Shown here one piece after another: positions 56,905 to 64,000 of a stretch of 64,000 nucleotides of DNA. Position 1 is the first letter of the stretch; every line of letters begins with the position of its first letter. The position numbers and the translations under genes were made by a program. The notes beneath the pieces were generated by a model. It saw nothing but the letters and a program-made list of their open reading frames with translations, did not search any database and was not told the origin of the DNA. Source of the stretch: Thermoproteota archaeon (GTDB lineage: Archaea; Thermoproteota; Thermoprotei; Gearchaeales; Gearchaeaceae); NCBI GenBank assembly GCA_021324265.1, contig JAJPJK010000004.1, positions 64,811 through 128,810 of the forward strand, read 5' to 3'.

Positions 56905-59592
56905 CTAACCTTTTACCCACCAGAAATATAGACTCGCTCCCGCACCTGCTGTAATCGGGTTCTCTTGATATGTTATGTCATTATTATACCCATGCATATA
57001 AGATTTAACCACCCAAAATCCATTAGTTTGATAAAGATATATGTACATGTATAAATCGATTGCTAATTGCTCAACTTGTTTATAATAGCCTTGAGCTTTT
57101 ATAGGATCTATTTCTGAATCTGCTTTGAGTATAAGCTGAGTGAGCTGTTCATACATCACTGCTTCATCGTTATAGCCTAACGAGCGCAAATAACTTGGAT
57201 ACCATCCATCTGGACCCGGAAAGGTGCCGTTTTCTAAATACATAGCATCAACAACATCTCTAGGGTGAGGATAATCAGCAATCCAGAATAAAACTGCAAT
57301 TGGCATTGGATTTGATCCAGGTACAAGATAACTTGCCATGATAGGCAATTGCACGTATAATGGTTCTATTTCGATATTAGGATCGATACTATGAATTGTA
57401 TCTGCCAACATCTGTGCAGCAGCATAGTTAACACTATCGCCCTGCGGAACCATGATGGGAAAACGAACGTGTAAATCGTAAACGCCTGCCTCTCTTAGTA
57501 ACTGTTCAGCTCTAGTTTTGTTAAACGTTGGAATGTGCTGTAATTGCTCAGGAGGGACGTAAAATGGTAAGGTGCTTATGATTGCGCCAGCATATAAGTT
57601 TCCGAAATCATAACCGTATTTCTTATTTCCCACGATATTATCTATATAGGTCTGGTAATCGAACGCATAAGCAAAAGCCTCTCTAACCTTTGGATTGGCA
57701 AAATAATCTGATGGTATATCATACTGAGGGTTTATGTTCTTCAGAAGAGTTGTATTTATTTGCAAATTAAAAGTCATGAAGTATTGAGTTAATGTAGAGA
57801 ATTTGTATATAGCTACTTGCCCTTGCTGAACATAAGCCCTTAAAGAAGGAAAATATTGTGATGGCAAGCCAGTTACTATATCAGCTTGCCCTGATACAAA
57901 CAAATTATATGCTGTCTGTGCATCTTTAACCCAAGAAATTACGACTTTATTGTTCACCTTAGGTATACCTGGGAGGCCTGGAAAATAGGGATTAGGTGCA
58001 AGAACAATGGTTTGACCTGGTACGTATGATTGAATCATATACGGTCCTGAGCCAACGGGGTTATACTGAATCTCAGTGTTATAATTCCCAATGTTAGCTT
58101 GCTCTTCGTAAGCTAAAAATCCATCAGGAGTAAAAGTAATACCTGCACCAATATTTTTAAGCCATTTTGAATCCAATATTGCAGTCGCCAATGGAAAAGC
58201 TAACGCAGTAAAGAAGAGCTGAGGAGGTGTAGGTTTAATTAAATTAAAAGTCACAGTGTTGGTGTTATTATCATAACTAACTGCATTCATAATTTTGCTG
58301 AAAGCTTCTTGTTTATTCTCATTTGTTACCAATGGCACGCCAATTGAAGCCCCCTCAACCAAATATTGCGCTACCACCCAATCACCTGTTCCGGGATTTC
58401 CTCCCTCAAAAAGTAGAGCTCTTATTATTGAATACCAAACATCGTAAGCCGTAAGGGGATCACCGTTTGAAAATCTTAAATTTGATCTGATTTTGAAAGT
58501 ATATTTTGTATAGTTATTAGATATGCCACCATTTTCAACCGTAGGTAATTGCTCAGCCACATACGGAATAAAGCTTGTTGTGCTTGATCCATTATAGATT
58601 AGCAATGTCGAAAATATGTTAGAGATTACTTCGAATCCTACTAGCTCGTAATCAACGTTAGGATCTAACGAAAAAGGTCCTCCTGGCAAGTTTTCTGCTA
58701 CGTTAATTATATCAGGATTAGGAATAGTACCGGCAAATTTAAATAATGCAAACTTATGATTCGTACCTTTAACAGCTATGGTTTGAAAAACAGTATAACT
58801 GTATTTCTTTCCTGTACTCTCATCCTCTGTAATAAGCGTCAAATTAAGAGCATAGATTCCTTCACTGGTATAAGATATTGAAACAGGGTTTTGTATTGGT
58901 AGATTATTCGTTGAGTTTATATCTAAGGCTAAAGTTTTACCATTACCGAAGTTCCAGATATATTGTTTCAAGGTTACATTAGGATTTGTAGGGGGTTGAA
59001 GGTATCCTCCAAAAAGGTATAGCGATTCGTTTACATTTACAATGGGAATTTCGGAATTTTTTGTTACATCAAAGCTTATCGTAGGAATTGAGATATAATC
59101 TGCAATGCTCTTTTCTACTTTAGGAGATACTCGGATTTCAATTAACGAGTTTTCAGTGCTGCTTATTACTTTGCCATTCAGCACTTCATCAGCATAAACT
59201 AAAAAATTACCTACATTAGAGTATTGATAATCTAAACTCTCTGAACTACTTGTTACATTAAGTTCCATTTTATGTCCATCTCCGAAATATACGATGACTT
59301 TTGAACCCACCACAAGATTGCTTAAAGAAAAAGTGAGCTTGTCGTTTTGTAATACTCCAAAACTTGCAGGGAATAAGTTTATTTGTGGTACTTGTTTAGA
59401 ACTGGTCATACTGTAATAGAAATATATGCCTATAATTACCCCAAATACGACTATTATTATAATTATTAATGCTAGAACCCTAGAAATTGCTATTCGAAGT
59501 TTATTTTTACCAGTCATATATTTACTAAGAAAATAGCCTTTTAAAACTTTTTTTAATTGCCTTTGAAATATCATTGTTACGATCTTTAACAT
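56905..59592 (-). CDS. Giant membrane-anchored extracellular solute-binding protein of SBP family 5 (peptide/nickel/oligosaccharide type) with an N-terminal ~280-aa glycosylated extension.
   Basis: N-terminal TM anchor, then a sequon-rich region, then the SBP5 core with LRFSNGDPLTAYDVWYSI. 895 aa. Confidence 0.7.
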   Translation of the reverse strand: MLKIVTMIFQRQLKKVLKGYFLSKYMTGKNKLRIAISRVLALIIIIIVVFGVIIGIYFYYSMTSSKQVPQINLFPASFGVLQNDKLTFSLSNLVVGSKVIVYFGDGHKMELNVTSSSESLDYQYSNVGNFLVYADEVLNGKVISSTENSLIEIRVSPKVEKSIADYISIPTISFDVTKNSEIPIVNVNESLYLFGGYLQPPTNPNVTLKQYIWNFGNGKTLALDINSTNNLPIQNPVSISYTSEGIYALNLTLITEDESTGKKYSYTVFQTIAVKGTNHKFALFKFAGTIPNPDIINVAENLPGGPFSLDPNVDYELVGFEVISNIFSTLLIYNGSSTTSFIPYVAEQLPTVENGGISNNYTKYTFKIRSNLRFSNGDPLTAYDVWYSIIRALLFEGGNPGTGDWVVAQYLVEGASIGVPLVTNENKQEAFSKIMNAVSYDNNTNTVTFNLIKPTPPQLFFTALAFPLATAILDSKWLKNIGAGITFTPDGFLAYEEQANIGNYNTEIQYNPVGSGPYMIQSYVPGQTIVLAPNPYFPGLPGIPKVNNKVVISWVKDAQTAYNLFVSGQADIVTGLPSQYFPSLRAYVQQGQVAIYKFSTLTQYFMTFNLQINTTLLKNINPQYDIPSDYFANPKVREAFAYAFDYQTYIDNIVGNKKYGYDFGNLYAGAIISTLPFYVPPEQLQHIPTFNKTRAEQLLREAGVYDLHVRFPIMVPQGDSVNYAAAQMLADTIHSIDPNIEIEPLYVQLPIMASYLVPGSNPMPIAVLFWIADYPHPRDVVDAMYLENGTFPGPDGWYPSYLRSLGYNDEAVMYEQLTQLILKADSEIDPIKAQGYYKQVEQLAIDLYMYIYLYQTNGFWVVKSYMHGYNNDITYQENPITAGAGASLYFWWVKG

Positions 59593-59714
59593 ACCTTTTT
59601 TTATGAAATATTTAGAAGATAAGGAAAAATAAAGATCGTTTAGTTACTTTCTTTAAAAACAAATTTTTCTACTGAGACATCTGAAAAGTAGTATATTAAT
59701 AAAAAATTCCTATA

Positions 59715-61181
59715 TTACTCTACTTTCCTAAGTAAATATAAGTACAATAAAAATGGAATTAAAGTCCAGCCTAATCCAGCAATGAACAGATTGGGTAAAG
59801 TAATACCATAATCGGCTGGATTTGCAGGAATACCAATCTGACTAATGATTATACCGTTTGAGGTATACATGTTAACTAGACTAAAGAATTCTAGTGGATT
59901 GAAGAAGTATGAATGTATCACCAAGTTAAAGTAGTCCTTTGTAAAGATACCTACACCCAATCCAAAGGATAAAATTGTAATAATTGCGTTCCAGAAAATA
60001 CCAAAAATTAACCAAATTACTATAGAAATTGCTAGCAATGAGCCGGTAGATTTCAATAGATTCGACAAGATAAACATAATGCTCAATATAGCGATTACAG
60101 GAACAAGAAAACCTACAAGGCTACTTATCCAAAGTGAAGCTGCAAAAGTCGAGCCTAGCTTTAAATACAGAAGCAAATCTGAAACGCCCAAAGATAACAA
60201 TATTGCAATCATTGTCATGATTACAATAGAAAAATATCTTGAAAGATTTAAAATGAGCTTAGTTATTGGAAGAGAATATATAAAATCTAATACATTATTT
60301 ATTTTATCTTTACCATATAAATTATATGCGCTTAATATTACCATCAATGGGATCAATAAGACCATAATGCCTGAAATGAAACTATAAGCAATATTCGTTG
60401 GGTCTGGTTGGGAGGATTGTATTTCTGTGTTAAAACTTACTGATCCAACGGTATTGTTGTTTGGGTCGCGTAACTCAACATCAACGGGCCCCCTAAACTT
60501 ATCGAGCTTGAAAATCTGGTAATAATTGTTTAAAGTCCCTAATTCGACAAACCCTGAGGTATTGGAGTTTCCGATATTTATTTGCCTAACGTACACTGCG
60601 TAGTTTAATGGTAGAGTACCGTTTTTTCCTACATAGAAAAGTAGAACATCTAGCCTAGAAGAATTCGAAGCGCTGATTACTTTCGCAATTGGATTGAGAA
60701 CAAAAGAACCCGTGTAGTTGATGACTTTTATTAAATCAGACCATGGATATGCAAGACCTGAAATGACGTTGATCGTGGATGAACCAGAGGAAACGTCTAG
60801 GCTTAGAAATCCAACTGCTTTATCTTTCGGTACTTCAAAAAATGCTATCCCATTGTTATTTGTTTGATCAGTGACTGAATATATCGATGATGGAGTTGCA
60901 GTATTCGAGGAATTCAAATTCAAAACGTTTAGTTTAACCTGTATATTCGGTAAAGGATCTCCATACATGTTATAAACAAAAACCATGACCTCATAATTCG
61001 AATCTTTAACATAGACTGCATAACTGAAAGAAGTTGAGGAGGCAATCGCAGGAGGATTCAAAAATGAAATTATAGAACCGCCCAATAATATGATTATCAC
61101 AGTTATTATGATGATACTCTTGCTAGTAAGTGCTCTCTTGAAATCGTAGAAAAACTGATTAAATATTGTGCTTTTAGGCAT
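59715..61181 (-). CDS. ABC-2-type permease with a large N-terminal extracytoplasmic glycosylated domain.
   Basis: One N-terminal TM, a ~230-aa extracellular domain with many NxS/T sequons, then 6 C-terminal TM helices. 8-nt overlap with the upstream ATPase gene. Confidence 0.5.
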   Translation of the reverse strand: MPKSTIFNQFFYDFKRALTSKSIIIITVIIILLGGSIISFLNPPAIASSTSFSYAVYVKDSNYEVMVFVYNMYGDPLPNIQVKLNVLNLNSSNTATPSSIYSVTDQTNNNGIAFFEVPKDKAVGFLSLDVSSGSSTINVISGLAYPWSDLIKVINYTGSFVLNPIAKVISASNSSRLDVLLFYVGKNGTLPLNYAVYVRQINIGNSNTSGFVELGTLNNYYQIFKLDKFRGPVDVELRDPNNNTVGSVSFNTEIQSSQPDPTNIAYSFISGIMVLLIPLMVILSAYNLYGKDKINNVLDFIYSLPITKLILNLSRYFSIVIMTMIAILLSLGVSDLLLYLKLGSTFAASLWISSLVGFLVPVIAILSIMFILSNLLKSTGSLLAISIVIWLIFGIFWNAIITILSFGLGVGIFTKDYFNLVIHSYFFNPLEFFSLVNMYTSNGIIISQIGIPANPADYGITLPNLFIAGLGWTLIPFLLYLYLLRKVE

Positions 61182-62082
61182 TTTTTTCGCCTACTAAAGA
61201 TAAGAAATAGTCCTCAAGACCTGTCTTCTCATAATTAAAGCTCTCGATCAAATAACCTTGCTTGGCTAGTTCGCTATTTACAGCAGAAGGTTCACCATTG
61301 AAATTCCTAACAGTCACCACATTCCCCGCTACGCTGACCTCACCATAGCTTTTCAGTATATCGTATACTTTACCATCCAAGTTCCTTATCGTAATTTTAA
61401 GTGTTTTTGAACCTAAGCCCTGTAGTTCTGAAGCATTCATGATTTTTATTATCTTCCCCTTATGAATAATAACGATTCTATCAGCGAGATTCTCCACCTC
61501 CGAAAGAATATGAGAAGAGAATAGTATAGACTTGCCTTTTTTCTTAAAATCTATGGCAAGGCTTCTAAAGAAATGCATGCCAGCGGGATCAAGGCCATTT
61601 AAAACCTCATCGAAAAGATAATTATTTGGATCTGCAAGCATCGCTGCTGCGAGTGCAAATCTTTTTCTCATACCTTGAGAAAAAGTTCTTATCTTTCTAT
61701 CTGCCATGCCTTCCAAACCAACTTCTCTTAATAATTCCGAAGATCTTTTTTCAGCTTCTAAACCTGTAATTCCATGAAAGCCCGCGAAATACTTAAGTAA
61801 AGACAAAGCTTTAGCATTGGGTTCGAAAATAGGTATCTCAGGTAGCCAGCCCACTCTTTTAGAGGCCTCTATCTTATCTTTTACTATATCATGACCATCT
61901 ATTAGTACCGTGCCTTCGTTAGGTAACAAAACTCCACATGAAATTTTTATAGTGGTGGTTTTGCCTGCGCCATTTAAACCTACAAAACCTACAATCTCAC
62001 CATTTCTTACATCAAAACTAACATCCTTAACACCAATAACCTTTCCTCCGTAGATCTTAGTAATGCCCTTTATTTCTAACAC
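61174..62082 (-). CDS. ABC transporter ATP-binding protein (ABC-2 subfamily).
   Basis: Walker A GLNGAGKTT, signature FSQGMRKRF, Walker B LFDEVLNGLD. 302 aa with a C-terminal extension. Confidence 0.75.
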   Translation of the reverse strand: MLEIKGITKIYGGKVIGVKDVSFDVRNGEIVGFVGLNGAGKTTTIKISCGVLLPNEGTVLIDGHDIVKDKIEASKRVGWLPEIPIFEPNAKALSLLKYFAGFHGITGLEAEKRSSELLREVGLEGMADRKIRTFSQGMRKRFALAAAMLADPNNYLFDEVLNGLDPAGMHFFRSLAIDFKKKGKSILFSSHILSEVENLADRIVIIHKGKIIKIMNASELQGLGSKTLKITIRNLDGKVYDILKSYGEVSVAGNVVTVRNFNGEPSAVNSELAKQGYLIESFNYEKTGLEDYFLSLVGEKNA

Positions 62083-62117
62083 AACTTTATTGCGCCATTC
62101 CTTTTATAAAAAATTGA

Positions 62118-62696
62118 CTAAAATAAGCCCTTAATTCCATCGATGATAAACTCGATAGCTATTGCTGCAGTGAATATTGCCATAATTTTTGTCACGACAA
62201 GGGAACCTACTTTGCCTAGAACCATATAGATCTCATTTATTAGCCTAAAAACCAATGCTGTGAATAAAAGCGCAGTAACAGCTGATGCAAGACCTACTAA
62301 GATGCCATATGTTTGAAGAGAGATCATCAATACTGTTATAGCGCCTGGACCAACCAATAGTGGAAATGCTAAAGGCACAGCACCCACTTCAATACCCTTA
62401 ACAGATTCAAATCCTCTTAATAAAATCTCAAAGGATAGAATTAGCAATAGTAATCCGCCAGCGATACTGAAGCTTGCCAAAGAAATAGCAAAGAGATTCA
62501 AGAGTTGCTGTCCAAGTAAGGCGAAAACTATCAGTATTGCAGATGCGGTATAAAGTGTTAAGTTGAGCACATGCTTCTGCTCATCTTTACTCATCTCAGA
62601 TGTTAAAGAGATAATGATTGGAATAAGACCTACAGGATCCATAACTACAATCAGTGCTACCAATGATTTGATGAAGCCTTCTAGTAAGAACTCCAT
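62118..62696 (-). CDS. MarC-family (UPF0056) integral membrane protein.
   Basis: N-terminal ALIVVMDPVGLIPI signature of MarC/UPF0056. 6 TM helices. 192 aa. Confidence 0.75.
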   Translation of the reverse strand: MEFLLEGFIKSLVALIVVMDPVGLIPIIISLTSEMSKDEQKHVLNLTLYTASAILIVFALLGQQLLNLFAISLASFSIAGGLLLLILSFEILLRGFESVKGIEVGAVPLAFPLLVGPGAITVLMISLQTYGILVGLASAVTALLFTALVFRLINEIYMVLGKVGSLVVTKIMAIFTAAIAIEFIIDGIKGLF

Positions 62697-62740
62697 AGAA
62701 TGCTCCCATTTTTTTAAATTATAAATTTTTGGCTTTCTTA

Positions 62741-63895
62741 TCAGAAAGATATCCTAGCTTCAAGTTTCCAATCTGATCTATTCCCGATGGAGCTTAGAAA
62801 ATTATTAAGCAAGTCATCAGGCAATTCACGCATAAACGCTACGATGTGCTTGCATAACAAGAATTCATTAGCTTCGACGTTTTTTATCCAATCCTGACAC
62901 TCGTGCTTTATTGTTTTATTTTCGAAATCTATTTCTATAAAATAACCTGATACCCATGCACGCCATCTCGAACTACTAAGCTCTAAAACATTAATCTCTT
63001 TCTTATCAATCGCCATTGCCCTCTCAAATCTAGATTCCGTCGTGAACTTTTTCAGTTCTTGGAGTGCTTCTCCTTTCTTTTCTGCAAAACCAAGTAAACC
63101 TTTGTATTCAGTCTTAATAGAAGAAGAGAGCTTATTTAGCATATCTTCTTGCTCTTTTTTTGTCATCCCTAGTTTTTTAAGTAATTGAAGAGCATTAGTA
63201 ACTGCAAATGCTCTGTAATGATTGTTGAAATAAACATAAACGCCTTTACACTTTTTAGCGGTATCTAAGATTTTCGAAGACCAATCTTCGATCTCCTCCT
63301 CTTTGTATAGATAATTATACCAAATGCTTTTGCCTCTTCCATGAAATCTAAAAATAGAATAAGAACTCGTCACATGGACTTCGCCTGGCAACAAAGGCTC
63401 GTCGACTATAGTATATGCTACGTTATAACGTTCGAGCAAGCTAAAAACTCCTTTATCTATCCAGCTTGGATCTCTGAATTCAATGGCCCAATTATAGGAT
63501 GTATTTAGATTTTGTAAAAAGTCCTCGAGTCTCTCAAGATGCCTTTCCTTTCTAAAATAAGGAGGTAACTGAATCAACAATAGACCCAGCTTTGTTTTTA
63601 AGGGTTCGATGGAGTCTAGAAATCTGTTCAGATCTAAAAGCGATTCGCTACTAAGCTTCTTTTCATGTGTTATTATCTTTGGTATTTTCAAAGAGAAAAT
63701 GAAATTTTCAGGAGTATTTTTGACCCAGGATTGAACAACAAAATTTGAAGGGAATGAATAAAACGTAGAATCTACTTCAACGGTATCGAAATACCTCGAA
63801 TAAAACTTCAGTTTTTCCTTCTCGTTAAGAGGATAAAAGAGGCCTTCCCATGCCTCATACGACCATCCTGAACTTCCAACCCTTACATTCATCAA
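62741..63895 (-). CDS. DUF72-family protein with a C-terminal ~120-aa extension carrying a SWIM-like CKH motif.
   Basis: The N-terminal ~250 aa match DUF72 (MNVRVGSSGWSYEAWEGLFYP...FDTVEVDSTFYSFP...). The C-terminal ...HECQDW...14 aa...LCKHIVAF... resembles the CxH half of a SWIM zinc finger. Confidence 0.6.
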   Translation of the reverse strand: MMNVRVGSSGWSYEAWEGLFYPLNEKEKLKFYSRYFDTVEVDSTFYSFPSNFVVQSWVKNTPENFIFSLKIPKIITHEKKLSSESLLDLNRFLDSIEPLKTKLGLLLIQLPPYFRKERHLERLEDFLQNLNTSYNWAIEFRDPSWIDKGVFSLLERYNVAYTIVDEPLLPGEVHVTSSYSIFRFHGRGKSIWYNYLYKEEEIEDWSSKILDTAKKCKGVYVYFNNHYRAFAVTNALQLLKKLGMTKKEQEDMLNKLSSSIKTEYKGLLGFAEKKGEALQELKKFTTESRFERAMAIDKKEINVLELSSSRWRAWVSGYFIEIDFENKTIKHECQDWIKNVEANEFLLCKHIVAFMRELPDDLLNNFLSSIGNRSDWKLEARISF

Positions 63896-64000
63896 TAATA
63901 ATAAAGGCTTCTATCCTCAAATTTGTTCAAAAACAAGAGTTCATTCGCTCTCGCATCATAAAGCCTGTTATCATCGAGTGATAGATAAACCTCTCTAAGG

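Noticed and set aside
1-64000. Search for CRISPR arrays, tRNA/rRNA genes, transposases, integrases or phage genes.
   Set aside because: No regularly spaced direct repeats, no GC-rich cloverleaf-sized islands in intergenic regions and no recombinase-like ORFs were seen by eye. A tRNAscan/Infernal run would be needed to exclude small RNAs, particularly in the 200-bp gap at 17093-17292.

Overview
This 64 kb window is AT-rich and gene-dense, with about 64 protein-coding genes and no rRNA, tRNA, CRISPR array, transposase or integrase that I could see. Gene content and codon style suggest an archaeon, plausibly a Thermoplasmatales-like acidophile; that placement is inference only. Supporting genes are archaeal GatE, an archaeal-type TIP49, a Clp1 polynucleotide kinase, a MOFRL glycerate kinase, a ComA-like phosphosulfolactate synthase and many N-glycosylation-sequon-rich surface proteins. 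Most of the window is metabolism and transport: purine, MFS, ArsB/NhaD, LysE, MscS and ABC-2 transporters, a giant SBP5, glutamine synthetase, acyl-CoA synthetase, crotonase, acyl-CoA dehydrogenase, cystathionine gamma-synthase, histidine ammonia-lyase-like, GatE and an M20 peptidase. Six things merit a second look. (1) A tightly overlapping five-gene membrane module, DUF4129-like / small TM protein / MoxR AAA+ ATPase / DUF58 / poly-hydrophobic TM protein, at 32334-36210, directly coupled to an acyl-CoA dehydrogenase. (2) A stand-alone LigD-polymerase-domain-like (NHEJ primase-polymerase, AEP superfamily) gene with an N-terminal extension and no Ku or ligase nearby, at 52145-53284. (3) A divergent pair of a DUF763-like protein carrying a helix-hairpin-helix motif and an archaeal TIP49/RuvB-like ATPase. 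(4) An apparently near-complete 4-hydroxyphenylacetate/homoprotocatechuate meta-cleavage cluster (HpaB, flavin reductase, type I extradiol dioxygenase, ALDH, FAH-family, DapA-family aldolase). (5) A frameshifted class I aminotransferase just upstream of cystathionine gamma-synthase. (6) A ComA-like sulfolactate-synthase gene in an operon with a ferredoxin-reductase-like flavoprotein. All family assignments rest on motif-level recognition by eye; none was checked against a database.
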